In this document: positions 49,301-56,463 of the stretch, piece by piece
How the letters are laid out: each line of letters opens with the position of its first letter
Position numbering within the stretch: the first letter of the stretch is position 1
NCBI RefSeq assembly: GCF_045657965.1
Contig: NZ_JAZOUG010000042.1
Location: 8,210-72,209, forward strand
Reading direction: 5' to 3'
Source: Treponema sp.
Lineage (GTDB): Bacteria; Spirochaetota; Spirochaetia; Treponematales; Treponemataceae
DNA: 64,000 nt
Position numbers and translations under genes: made by a program
Notes under the pieces: generated by a model
Databases searched by the model: none
What the model saw: the letters and a program-made list of their open reading frames with translations, nothing else
What the model was told of the DNA's origin: nothing

Positions 49301-49895
49301 AAGCATCCTGCCGTGCTAAAAGAGTGAGTGTATAACTGTGTTCTTCCGAAACATCACCGGTAAGTTTTAAAGTACGGCCGTAAGAAGTCGCAGTTTCATC
49401 ACCAAAAGCAAGAGGCTTTGTCAAAAGAAGAACAGGAGGCGTATTATCAATATCAAAAGAAACAGAGGCCGTACTTGAAGTTCTGCCGGCTCCGTCAGTT
49501 GCAACTGCATCTACAGAGTATGTGCCGTCAGGAAATTCATAACCGTTTGTTGCACTGTATGCAGAAGAATCATAAGAATTTAATTCAATATACCAGGTAC
49601 CAGAAGAATTAACTGAAGCGTTTCCTGAATAAACCTGAGTGTTTGTTGTTTTATTTGTGACCGTAACAGCAACAGATGAAACGCTTTTATCGTCAGACCA
49701 TGAACCGCCCAGAATAAATGTGTCCCGGACAACAGCTGCTGCCGGCGGATAAGAAATACTGACTTTTGGAGATTCTGTATCAACTGAAGAACCTAAACCG
49801 GATTCTTCACCACAGGAAATAAGTGCAGAAATTACTGCAGTAACCAAAACTGCAGAACGCATTTTTTTTAATAATAAGTCCACTGTATTTTTCAT
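40323..49895 (-). CDS. Giant lipoprotein 3 (3,190 aa), paralog of giants 1 and 2
   Basis: GGAGG RBS, lipobox LISC-GEESGLGSSVDTESP; same architecture as giants 1 and 2. Confidence 0.85.
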   Translation of the reverse strand: MKNTVDLLLKKMRSAVLVTAVISALISCGEESGLGSSVDTESPKVSISYPPAAAVVRDTFILGGSWSDDKSVSSVAVTVTNKTTNTQVYSGNASVNSSGTWYIELNSYDSSAYSATNGYEFPDGTYSVDAVATDGAGRTSSTASVSFDIDNTPPVLLLTKPLAFGDETATSYGRTLKLTGDVSEEHSYTLTLLARQDASYDASAASHSEDELSSLIQFENLSVTSMSSDSPLVVAKYYGTAGLSDSQQESQNRYEQIYGTVDTETDPDTDPNVTKYFYAGFVLTDEACVYQDKNLSKVVNAGNSTKRYYLNTDSLSASLNAISDDIKIKDIREVLNGTSATYTTGSDECTAILQALASQGNYIDCDIYQYDSDGRYSYDASGNKITVTDIESVITTSANIFCLDPDNYPTWKIASYSLGTDNNTYAKANGFRSYTSGQNLGLTITPNADGSYVAPQAVALKYGAVELTTTRPETTDGYYSCAGTETTYYWQEPSEWTYIFNKGDWTDSSTNESATKDFSISGTTAGIPYMFALEGEDRDGNEYVAYDLINYGFLAATSGTAPTIRITSDSGDYLNESTFYNNGNGYTISGTMVDEDGLWASNAISATVKIYEGGDTSGTEITSLSPSFTITYSSDNSSDSTVYTSASDAQTASTSKVLWNVNINSENPEGSLYPAASGMYTYVVTVTAQNSQSLSDSETFTFYLDSKAPSLYALKVGGKMFIGGSATDEDFNTVDLVEQDSEWFSNSAQKLLGYYEEYYDGESSNGSGIDEIYYWIQTASGTAPSTSDYSTANGSFVAAKDSSKNYKSKFSTTVSGFEAGSNTLYLVAVDKAGNASVPSTCTVQFDEDDPEVTASTVYFGSDDTTGQSASGTVLTNGENYMKLTGTCSDISSGVDTITILQGTEKLTSYTAGDFSTEGVSISDTANSDGTYDWSLYVKAESLGTGNIILKVSDIAGNSAKITAFTLNTDTTSPVVVFKSTGADSDNKINGEVTITGTARDFLSETTKSSGTADGTLSSIKLYYAIADSQPEADAADTWYQLSSESDSTTTSDSSVTWSFEQTFSSSTAIVTAVNNSLSLKADSSTETVNLYIKAVAVDAAGNSGYAVENVIVDRNTDRPVIQITSIESADDYLTASTLRGSVSDDDGISSFAISTDGTNYTDVTVAASGSWAFDLSEVGDGTVSLYFKVTDTEGTTFTTGAAASQFVRPYYTFDSSTNNDCSSSLSIRKDTASPNVGQMGISIAESTGSLATPAAVNSASADYAISAKQYTGGDSKYFRLYVPVYDENGIASVKISFADSDDSSTEENGYGYYDDDNGAVTPAVFSSSNGAEFILTTVESSSVSGAYYYKSYPLISTGVATGTKIATLTVTDSAGNTSTKTFNFSVDNTGPDTITVTSPSSTDEITGTATITGTASDSGIGISNIEWLIPPAGFGETDSSSINYKSDSQLSELDGWTSSNNNGSASVFKFKFTSGSITDLTAYDDENAYDVTYNSTAQTYKIPIFFRTTDELGNEYIYRDYYITHNPDADRPVTEFSYPTESDYDSDCDTENYDYSYITLSGTIRVSGTVEVPSGTVDVGKVYIQIGKPASDGTVTWSSSEFADEFTTLGGTLSKSDLTAAYGTTTYVDDDWWGIAATTKTATWNISLNSDSNLNPSSSDATTDIAVRACAINADGKMGNWSDTYYIHVDSSAPSQTALMRQYDFSSATENLVNLQNTDDYMTVSKDYASEMYLKGTWYLVVTLSDNDSLVYNTIKVKRGSASATFYASSEIDLSNSSGVTNTLYIPIETASMTTSSVSYTVYAEDVGGHSSTGTYTFYIDNTAPSLSAISGNGDELSVNAENAVSESNYVYTISGTVKDTGSGYERVLFYFMRNGKIYGSTNSFGKNYILDPLVTDWSSTDDSKALISGLEAITVENDYTIYALKAVTSGSITSSVTDGTTYYSFTDNSGAVSGNGHVHAGGLIYISGEYGKITDVTGSTVTFTMDADPSGATTVYFPYAQSVDNTSTEDVSSTTANPFTFSSGDDGDLMPESISNVSTTWTWKATIHSTNIPDGPAYLVVLAYDAAGNVSGATYPVSIENNAPRLAKLYLGTDLNSDNSFASEEFSQYDVYTANETAGVSTTGYKSAASIATADYEAGQFTAKDKLAVVPEITGGNGSVYMVYKRGASDTTAVTGTTDDSTLISAAASVTTASTAETANISTSPYSVTGLSVIGGDSLYAYTLSSSQVWADTASDSSDKTAGEGVSFTFWDETEERTAGNNSQYCTAYVSDLIINLADTTVPVTAINPFYWTSAEDNSLYNNSTSNGHIELENDLSSGIKALYDSDSPKVSGKVKITGSAYDNKMLHTIALKAAGFSFNGGTAGNALTFATYDGTSWALTSGSESSTAGGAIATDGWQFEINSDSVSQSGHTVTWTLYLDTEKHANVAAKAVAVESSATDWASKTQAASDLTSASSTIQTTSAATTPYYKMDIVPYIAGVKTSLSSLKKANSSVYDRTALGHYPTGSADTVYLYGFNLTGGTLYDSASTPASSTLTEDVASSQSWYSTSSSGTTANFFATSTNTAVYTADVSSFTSGGVYVTVNSVQSLNNLNSDDATGAYTYSGTIGTTGSSEAYANYYNRQPNGDSNNLLTDDVVLDVWAINSKAAATYNGGTISQPVMSINQANGQVGFAFVNGPLYFSMGNTSNSYQYWIGGIDFFTSVGFAYDRLGYSYGTTAGGDVGGTPSSGTDATTFDQFRIMTSRWGTALATVGGYNDGTNQFRLENIGQKDWTITDSSYSSYANINKERIKSPSIATTIKTSDNTTNVYLAYYDAINGEIRFTRGNFGATSRTDNSGFFSDVYGRWGGTSEFVNKIPQPYTLKYTSLIAGQSGESNRAIAIKSGSSYVDGLKYGSSPSEVTEDSVTNKTTSAIGSTSYSAEYASTSTGYYAGEYVHLAALEGAGTDGDDLVAVVWYDSTNQVMWYSYTLTPNSIAAGDYQRSQWSEPEQIFSDTGVGKYCKVAVDANGGIHMVAYDAINGDVCYAYKTSYNGSTSTCVVDSNGIIGTQLSLDVALDSNNNSVPYIGYYAGSSVRPKVAYWAGSASIASTSSKAGASDDAFTQVWEISLVPTSSSVNDDYVNVGVWKTTSTDATYTAVPSKITASSSSLTASTGVTDSGVILGNGTANPILGYGIENASTGYIETAQMQ

Positions 49896-50000
49896 AATTT
49901 TGCCTCCGAAAAACTAAAATTGCATAGTTTGTCAGTTTCAAAATTATGTTAATACAGTTTTCTTAAACCAAAATCTAAAACAGCATAATATACCGTTATA

Positions 50001-50014
50001 TAAGAAAAGTCTTA
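50001..50014. promoter_or_regulatory. Palindromic motif TAAGA-N4-TCTTA upstream of giant 3
   Basis: TAAGAAAAGTCTTA, 106-119 bp upstream of the start codon. Confidence 0.45.
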
Positions 50015-50038
50015 TCTTAGATAAAATTCATCTCTGTT

Positions 50039-50977
50039 TTACATAAGCGATTTTTTAGCACTAAGCAAATCGTCTTTTGAATTCCGGCATGATTTTGCTG
50101 CAGAATCAGCAATATCTTTAAGACAAAGAATTCCTGAATCCCGCTTTTCTGCAAGTTCTTCGTCCTTTTTCCATGCACATAAAATTCCGCGTGATGAATT
50201 AACAGTTCCGCCGGCTTTATCAAGCAGAGTTGCTGCAATGCGGGCCGCTCCCCCCTGAGCCCCGTAACCTGGAATCAAAAAGAAAATATCCGGATATGCA
50301 TTACGCAATGCTCTTGCATCACTTTCTTCTGTACAGCCTACAACAGCACCTACAGGAGAACAATTCTGCTCAGGATACAGAGCCTTAAATTCAGAAGAAA
50401 TCCGTTCAAGTTCGCTTCCAGTTTTATCAAGAACACGGCCGCCGGATTTTAACTCCTGCTGCTCAATATCAACCATGCCGGGATTTGATGTACGTAAAAG
50501 CACAAAAATGCCCTTTCCGCCAAGCTCACCGGCAGGCTTACAATACTCAGTAAACGGCTTTAATGTATCAAAGCCCATGTACGGATTAATTGTAATAATA
50601 TCAGTTTCAAAATCACTGCCTTTTGCAAAATGAGCACGTGCATAAGCTTTTGCCGTGTCTGCAATATCACCGCGCTTAATGTCACTGATTGCAATAAAAC
50701 CTGCTTCACGGACAGCTTTAATTGTTTCGATGTAAGCCTTAAGACCTTCAATTCCCATAGCTTCGTAATAAGCAATCTGAATCTTAAAACAGCAGGCAGA
50801 CTTATCTGCTGCTACCCGTTTAATGATTTCTTTATTGTAAGCAAGAACTGCTTCTACAGGTGAATCAAATGCCTTTAATACAGATTCCGGCAGATAAGAC
50901 GGGTCTGTATCCAGACCAACACAAAGTGGTCCATTTTCTAAAGCCGCTTCCTGAAGCTGCTGCATAATATGTTTCAT
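50039..50977 (-). CDS. pyrF: Orotidine-5'-phosphate decarboxylase (type 2)
   Basis: LCVGLD, FKIQIAYY, DIKRGDI (DxKxxDI), LRTSNP, GAVVG, LIPGYGAQG, VNSSRGI. Confidence 0.95.
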   Translation of the reverse strand: MKHIMQQLQEAALENGPLCVGLDTDPSYLPESVLKAFDSPVEAVLAYNKEIIKRVAADKSACCFKIQIAYYEAMGIEGLKAYIETIKAVREAGFIAISDIKRGDIADTAKAYARAHFAKGSDFETDIITINPYMGFDTLKPFTEYCKPAGELGGKGIFVLLRTSNPGMVDIEQQELKSGGRVLDKTGSELERISSEFKALYPEQNCSPVGAVVGCTEESDARALRNAYPDIFFLIPGYGAQGGAARIAATLLDKAGGTVNSSRGILCAWKKDEELAEKRDSGILCLKDIADSAAKSCRNSKDDLLSAKKSLM

Positions 50978-50980
50978 GAT

Positions 50981-52162
50981 TTAGAGTCCCCTTGCCCACT
51001 GATATGTACTCAAATATGGATCCGGCTTAACAGGATAAGGTGTAGCCCAGACTTCATCAATAAGGCCGGTTGAATTAATCTTTCCGATGCGAACCTGTTT
51101 GTAAAGATGCTGATTGCCGCCGTCTATTGTTACTGTGCCTTCTGGAGCTGTAAAACTCAATCCTTTTGAAGCAACTCTGACAGCTTCAACTTCAAAGCTT
51201 CCTGCCTTTTCACAGGCAGCAGCCCACATATAAACAGCAATATATCCGGCTTCAATTGGATCGGCAGTCATTCTGTCTTCACCATAAGCAGTTTTGTAAT
51301 CAGAAACGAATTTTTCGTTGCGTGGTGTCTGAGTGGTTTCGTAGTAATTCCATGAAACAAGATTTCCAGCCAGTTTAGATGCATCCATTTTAGAAACTTC
51401 TTCTTCTGCCATAGAAAAACTCATTACAGGAATAACTGATGAAGTGATTCCCTGTTTTGTAAGTTCTGCAAAAAAAGCAACATTTGAATCACCGTTAAGT
51501 GTATTTAAGATTACATTCGGCTTTGCAGCTTTTATTTTTAAAATTATTTCCGTAAAATCCTTGTGTCCCATAGGAACATATTCTTCACCGACACAAACTC
51601 CGTCCATCTGGGCAAGCTGTGCTTTAATAATTCTGTTTGCTGTTCTTGGGAAAATATAGTCGTTTCCAACAAGGAACATATTTTTACCGATGTTCTCGGC
51701 ACAATAATCTACAGCCGGAACAATCTGCTGATTTGGAGAAGCCCCCATATACATAATATTCGGGCTTGCTTCCATGCCTTCGTACTGAACCGGATACCAG
51801 AGAAGACCATAAAACTCTTCAAAAACCGGTTTTACAGCTTTTCGGGATTGTGATGTCCAGCATCCAAAAACAGTAGCAACTTTTTCATCCTGAAGAAGTT
51901 CGCGTGCTTTTTCTGCAAAAACCTGCGGATCACTTTCACCGTCTGCTTCAACAGGAACGATTTTTTTACCAAGGACACCGCCGTTTGCATTGATTTCAGA
52001 AATTGCAAGAAGCTCTGAATCACGCACAGGGGTTTCGCTGATTGTCATAGTTCCGGAAAGCGAGTGCAGAAGCCCTACTTTAACGACTTCATTTTTTTTA
52101 CCGCCGCAGGAAACAAGCAAAAACAGAAATGGTACAGCTAATATAAATTTTAGTTTTTTCAT
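50981..52162 (-). CDS. urtA: Urea/short-chain amide-binding lipoprotein (UrtA/AmiC family)
   Basis: AGGAG RBS, ATG 52162, lipobox LVSC; VGLLHSLSGTM, FGCWTS, YPVQYEG, NTLNGDSN, WNYY. Confidence 0.88.
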   Translation of the reverse strand: MKKLKFILAVPFLFLLVSCGGKKNEVVKVGLLHSLSGTMTISETPVRDSELLAISEINANGGVLGKKIVPVEADGESDPQVFAEKARELLQDEKVATVFGCWTSQSRKAVKPVFEEFYGLLWYPVQYEGMEASPNIMYMGASPNQQIVPAVDYCAENIGKNMFLVGNDYIFPRTANRIIKAQLAQMDGVCVGEEYVPMGHKDFTEIILKIKAAKPNVILNTLNGDSNVAFFAELTKQGITSSVIPVMSFSMAEEEVSKMDASKLAGNLVSWNYYETTQTPRNEKFVSDYKTAYGEDRMTADPIEAGYIAVYMWAAACEKAGSFEVEAVRVASKGLSFTAPEGTVTIDGGNQHLYKQVRIGKINSTGLIDEVWATPYPVKPDPYLSTYQWARGL

Positions 52163-52187
52163 ATTTACACTCCTAGAAAAAGATTCT

Positions 52188-55100
52188 CTACTCCACGATT
52201 TCATATGTTACCATTTTTCCTTTACCTTTTATATCACATTCCATAGGTTCTGTGAATGTGATATTGGTATCTTTTAAATGGTCATACATAGCTTTACTGA
52301 CTCGAATTTTGCCCGGTGTACAGGCTGTTTCCATTCGGCTTGCAACATTTACTGTATTTCCCCAGACATCATAAATGAATTTAGTTTTTCCGATTACACC
52401 TGCCGTTACAGGACCACAGTTTAAACCGACACGGATATTGAACTGAATTTCTGCCGTTTTATTATAATCGGCCAGATCTTTGTACATTCCCTTTGCAAAT
52501 TCAACCATGATTTCGGCATGGCGCTCTTTTGGAGAAGGAACTCCGCACGCTGCCATGTAGGAATCTCCGATTGTTTTGATTTTTTCAACACCCATCCGCT
52601 TAGCCCGTTCATCAAAACGGCTGAACAAATCATTAAGCGCACTAACAATTTCATTAGCAGTATGACCGCTTGAAGTCTTTGTAAAACCGACAATATCTGA
52701 AAAGAGCAGAGTAACATCAGAAAAGTCTTCACCAATTGAATGAATATTATCACGGAGCTCTTCTGCAATTTTATCGGGCAGAATTGAACGCAAAAGATAG
52801 TCAGATTTATCCTTTTCCTGAGCAAGTTCTGCAGTACGGATTTGAACCATATTTTCAAGACGGATATTTTCAAGTTTAATGGCACGCTGCTTCAAATAAA
52901 ATATAAGTGTTATAATGGCAAGGAAAAGAATCAGGCTGATAATCCAGAAAACCGGCATCTGATAGAAGTACGGCTTTTGAACAAACAGCATGGCAACCGC
53001 TTCCTGAGAAAACAGACCGTCACCGTTTATAGCACTTACAAGGAAGGTATGCTTTCCAGGCTTAAGGTTCGTATACGAAACAACCCGCTTAGAATCCGGA
53101 GCACCAAATGAATCTTCAAAGTTTGTAAGCCTGTGAGCAAATTGAATTCGTTCCGGTGCATCAAAACTGATTCCCGTAAATTTTATATCTACGCGCTTGG
53201 TTCCCGGCTTTAAGGCAATTTCCTGACGCGGCTTTTTATATTCAAGATTGTCAATTTTTACAGTTTCAATATGAACAAGCGGACTGACAGGATTTTCTTT
53301 AATTTTAAGAGGATCATAAACAGCAAAACCGTCTACCATTGTAAACCACATTCTGCCCCTTGAATCACAAATGCTCAAAGCAGTTGATGTAGGTCCGTCT
53401 GAATCAAGACCGTCATTACGGTTATAAAATTTAATATCAATACTTTCTGAAACACCGCTTGCAGCATCAACAAAATCATTAAAATGTGCTGAAGCAATTC
53501 CATAATTACTTGTAATCCAGACATCCCCTGCTGTATCAGGAATAATCTGGAAAACCGAGTCTGTTCCCAGTCCCTGTTCAGAATTTAAATTTTCATACTT
53601 TGCAGGAACAGAATGAACACTGTCAAAAGGGTGAATTCTGCTGATTCCGGTTCCTGTACAAACCCAGTAAACGCCGTGTTTATCCTGAGAGATTTTAAAA
53701 ATTACATTTCCGATAAGACCGTCTTCTGAAGAAATATGAGAAATAATGGCACCGTTTTTCATTAAGAAAATACCACCGCCGTCAGTTCCAACCCAGACAA
53801 CGCCATTAGTGTCTTTGTAAATACACATTACATATTCATTTTCAAGACCGTCAAGCTGCTTTAAGGATTTTATTTCACCGTTCGGACTGATGATACTTAA
53901 ACCGGTTGTTGTACCGACATAAAGTTCATCCGGATTTGTTTCAATGGCAACACGAACTTTATCACCAACAAGCCCGTTATCAGTTGTCCAGCTTTTTATA
54001 TTTCCCGTACCGATATTGTAACGGAGCTGACCTGGTTTTTTATAACAGCTGACAAGGATATCACCATTTAAAGCGATTCCAACATGGCGGATTCTTATGC
54101 CTTTTGTATATTCTGTAAGTTTATTCTGAACCTCTTTGTTTTCTACATAACAGCGCACACCATTATCTGTACCTACCCAGTAACGGCCATGTAAATCTTC
54201 AGTAATTGCATTTGCTGCAGTTCCCAGTTTTGTAACACGGAATTTTCCATGAGTAAGACGGCCTACACCATTTCTGTCTGTTGCAAACCAGATTCCGCCT
54301 TCTCTGTCACAGGTAATTTTGTTAATTTTTGCAATCTGCTTTCCGTTACCTTTATATTCAGAAAAAACTCCGTTGCTGTAAACTACAATTCCTTTTTCAC
54401 AGCCAAACCAGATTGTACCGTCAGTTGCCGTATAAATTGACCATGTCGGACTTTCATCAAGAATTTTACCTGTAGTAACCTTTCGGACATAGCCGTTTGA
54501 AATTTTAAACAGTCCCAGGTTGCCCATAGCAAGCCAGAAATCCCCGTTTAAATCCTGAGCAATGGCAGTACAAAAATAATTTCCGTACTGATCAAGTTCA
54601 GGAAGAGTATAAAACAGACCGTCTTTATAAACGAAAAGACCTTTTTCATTTCCTGTAATAAGCCAGACTCTGCCGGCAGTATCGCAGTATAATGAAGTTG
54701 TAAGAACACCTTTTGAAACAGTACCGGCCTGGAACTGAGGAGTTATCAAATGGCCTGCCGGTGTAAGATAAGCAATTCCTGAAGCCGTTCCAATCCAGAT
54801 ATTTCCATGCAAATCTTCACAAAGAGCACGGACCGAATTATTAGGAAGGCCTGTTTCCATATTATAATGTTTATTGCCGTCCTGGGAAATTTTCTGAACT
54901 CCTTCATCATTTGCACCAATCCAGAGATTTCCATGCCTGTCTTCAAGAATTGTTCGGACGGAAGCAAATTTTAAATCATTATCACGGGAACGGCGCAAGG
55001 TCGTAAATTCAAGACCGTCAAATCTGACTAAGCCTTCGTAGGTTCCGATGTTTATATAGCCGTCAGTTGTCTGAAAAATATCAGTTGCAGTTGTTCCTGT

Positions 55101-55214
55101 TAAACCGCCGAAAGAATTCCAGATTCTGCAAACATAATTATCAAAATATGTATCTTCTGCAAAAATCAAAACACTTGAAAATAATAAGAAAACAGCTGAT
55201 AAAATCTTTTTCAT
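52188..55214 (-). CDS. Membrane adenylate cyclase with periplasmic Reg_prop beta-propeller and Y_Y_Y sensor (class IIIa-like)
   Basis: Signal peptide, repeated (N/D)xVxxxxEDxxGxxWIGT blades, YTNLKPG (Y_Y_Y), TM, coiled coil, FSDIVGFT, KIKTIGDSY, YDVWGNTVNVASRME (K and D specify adenine). Confidence 0.92.
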   Translation of the reverse strand: MKKILSAVFLLFSSVLIFAEDTYFDNYVCRIWNSFGGLTGTTATDIFQTTDGYINIGTYEGLVRFDGLEFTTLRRSRDNDLKFASVRTILEDRHGNLWIGANDEGVQKISQDGNKHYNMETGLPNNSVRALCEDLHGNIWIGTASGIAYLTPAGHLITPQFQAGTVSKGVLTTSLYCDTAGRVWLITGNEKGLFVYKDGLFYTLPELDQYGNYFCTAIAQDLNGDFWLAMGNLGLFKISNGYVRKVTTGKILDESPTWSIYTATDGTIWFGCEKGIVVYSNGVFSEYKGNGKQIAKINKITCDREGGIWFATDRNGVGRLTHGKFRVTKLGTAANAITEDLHGRYWVGTDNGVRCYVENKEVQNKLTEYTKGIRIRHVGIALNGDILVSCYKKPGQLRYNIGTGNIKSWTTDNGLVGDKVRVAIETNPDELYVGTTTGLSIISPNGEIKSLKQLDGLENEYVMCIYKDTNGVVWVGTDGGGIFLMKNGAIISHISSEDGLIGNVIFKISQDKHGVYWVCTGTGISRIHPFDSVHSVPAKYENLNSEQGLGTDSVFQIIPDTAGDVWITSNYGIASAHFNDFVDAASGVSESIDIKFYNRNDGLDSDGPTSTALSICDSRGRMWFTMVDGFAVYDPLKIKENPVSPLVHIETVKIDNLEYKKPRQEIALKPGTKRVDIKFTGISFDAPERIQFAHRLTNFEDSFGAPDSKRVVSYTNLKPGKHTFLVSAINGDGLFSQEAVAMLFVQKPYFYQMPVFWIISLILFLAIITLIFYLKQRAIKLENIRLENMVQIRTAELAQEKDKSDYLLRSILPDKIAEELRDNIHSIGEDFSDVTLLFSDIVGFTKTSSGHTANEIVSALNDLFSRFDERAKRMGVEKIKTIGDSYMAACGVPSPKERHAEIMVEFAKGMYKDLADYNKTAEIQFNIRVGLNCGPVTAGVIGKTKFIYDVWGNTVNVASRMETACTPGKIRVSKAMYDHLKDTNITFTEPMECDIKGKGKMVTYEIVE

Positions 55215-55282
55215 AATAAGAAGATTTTAAGACTTTTTTTATCAAAAATCGAGTATTTTCTTCAGATATTTTTATATTTTTT

Positions 55283-55311
55283 TTGCATAGCTTCTCTTTT
55301 TTTCCGATAAT
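55283..55311 (+). promoter_or_regulatory. sigma70-like promoter giving a leaderless NlpC/P60 transcript
   Basis: TTGCAT(55283-55288), 17 bp, GATAAT(55306-55311); ATG 55318 is 6 nt downstream and there is no SD. Confidence 0.6.
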
Positions 55312-55317
55312 TAATAT

Positions 55318-56460
55318 ATGAGCACACGAAAAGTAGTTTTTTACACATTTGCATTTTTCATATTTGTACTGACTGTTCCAAGACTTTGCGCACAGAATAA
55401 TGTCAAAATGACTCCAGGTGAAGCTGCAATCGCAAGACAAAAAATGGTTGATTATTCTAAACAGTTTGTCGGAAAACCTTATGCTTCCGGTGGAATAGGA
55501 CCAAATTCTTTTGACTGCTCAGGACTTATTTTTACAGTTTCCAGAGAATCAATCGGAGTGCAGCTCCCACGCACAACCAAGGCAATTTTTAATTTCTGTA
55601 AGGAAATTGATGCAAATACACGGGAAGCAGGAGATCTTCTTTTCTTCAAGACAACCGCCAGCGGAGATGTTTCACATGTTGCCCTTTATATCGGCGGCAA
55701 CCAGTTTATTCATGCTGCAAGTGACGGTCCGAACACAGGCGTAATTGTTTCATCACTAAAAGAATCTTACTGGAAAGCACATTATTACTGCACGCGGCGA
55801 TATCTTCCGGCATCAAATTCAGATTTACTCGCTGATTCAAATCCTCAAAAATATGCAGAACAGGTTGTTAATAAAAGCTCAGGTACTTCTCAAAATTCCA
55901 CATCAGCCGGTACAGCTTCAGCAAATTCATATTCAGATAATTATTCATCCGGTTCTTTTCTGTCCTCACTGATAGTTGACGCATCAATTTCGTGGGACTG
56001 GAGTTTTTTTACCTGTGATTACTTTAAACTCAATTCAAGAGGCGTTGATACAATGTTTCATGTACGCTATGCAGGAAATACATTGCAGCCCGGCTTTGGA
56101 ACATATATCCGCTACGATGCCGGAACAGGAAATTTCCAGCTTCCGTTCGTAATTTCCTTAACTTTAAACGAATATTTCAGGATTTTTGCAGGACCGGTAA
56201 TTTCAATCGGTACACCATACCTGCCTTCCAAATCTAATGAACGGATAGAAAACTCATTTTTTCCAGGCATAATCGGTGCATGTTTCAGTACGCCGGGTTT
56301 TAAAGCTGGAAAAACAATGATTTCTTTTGTACAGGACATTCATTACACAGTTTTTAATAAAACTGACGGGAGTGCACTCTCTTTTTCAAAAAGTGCTGCA
56401 ACCGGTCTGGTTTTTGCAACGGGTCTGCGCGTAACGCTTCCGCTGAACAATGTTTTATAA
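55318..56460 (+). CDS. NlpC/P60 (C40) peptidoglycan endopeptidase with a C-terminal beta-rich, probably outer-membrane barrel domain
   Basis: Signal peptide; GKPY..GG..P..FDCSG, HVALYIG, FIHA (Cys-His-His triad); S/N linker; alternating-strand C-terminal about 165 aa. Confidence 0.85.
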   Translation: MSTRKVVFYTFAFFIFVLTVPRLCAQNNVKMTPGEAAIARQKMVDYSKQFVGKPYASGGIGPNSFDCSGLIFTVSRESIGVQLPRTTKAIFNFCKEIDANTREAGDLLFFKTTASGDVSHVALYIGGNQFIHAASDGPNTGVIVSSLKESYWKAHYYCTRRYLPASNSDLLADSNPQKYAEQVVNKSSGTSQNSTSAGTASANSYSDNYSSGSFLSSLIVDASISWDWSFFTCDYFKLNSRGVDTMFHVRYAGNTLQPGFGTYIRYDAGTGNFQLPFVISLTLNEYFRIFAGPVISIGTPYLPSKSNERIENSFFPGIIGACFSTPGFKAGKTMISFVQDIHYTVFNKTDGSALSFSKSAATGLVFATGLRVTLPLNNVL

Positions 56461-56463
56461 AGT

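Noticed and set aside
20115-49895. Diversity-generating retroelement acting on the giant lipoproteins (as for T. denticola TvpA)
   Set aside because: No reverse transcriptase, Avd-like gene or intergenic template repeat is visible. The shared repeats are central or 5' coding patches without adenine-specific mismatches.
20115-49895. Shufflon or invertible-promoter switch
   Set aside because: No recombinase gene is in the window, all three genes are complete and co-oriented, and no paired inversion sites flank promoters or tips.
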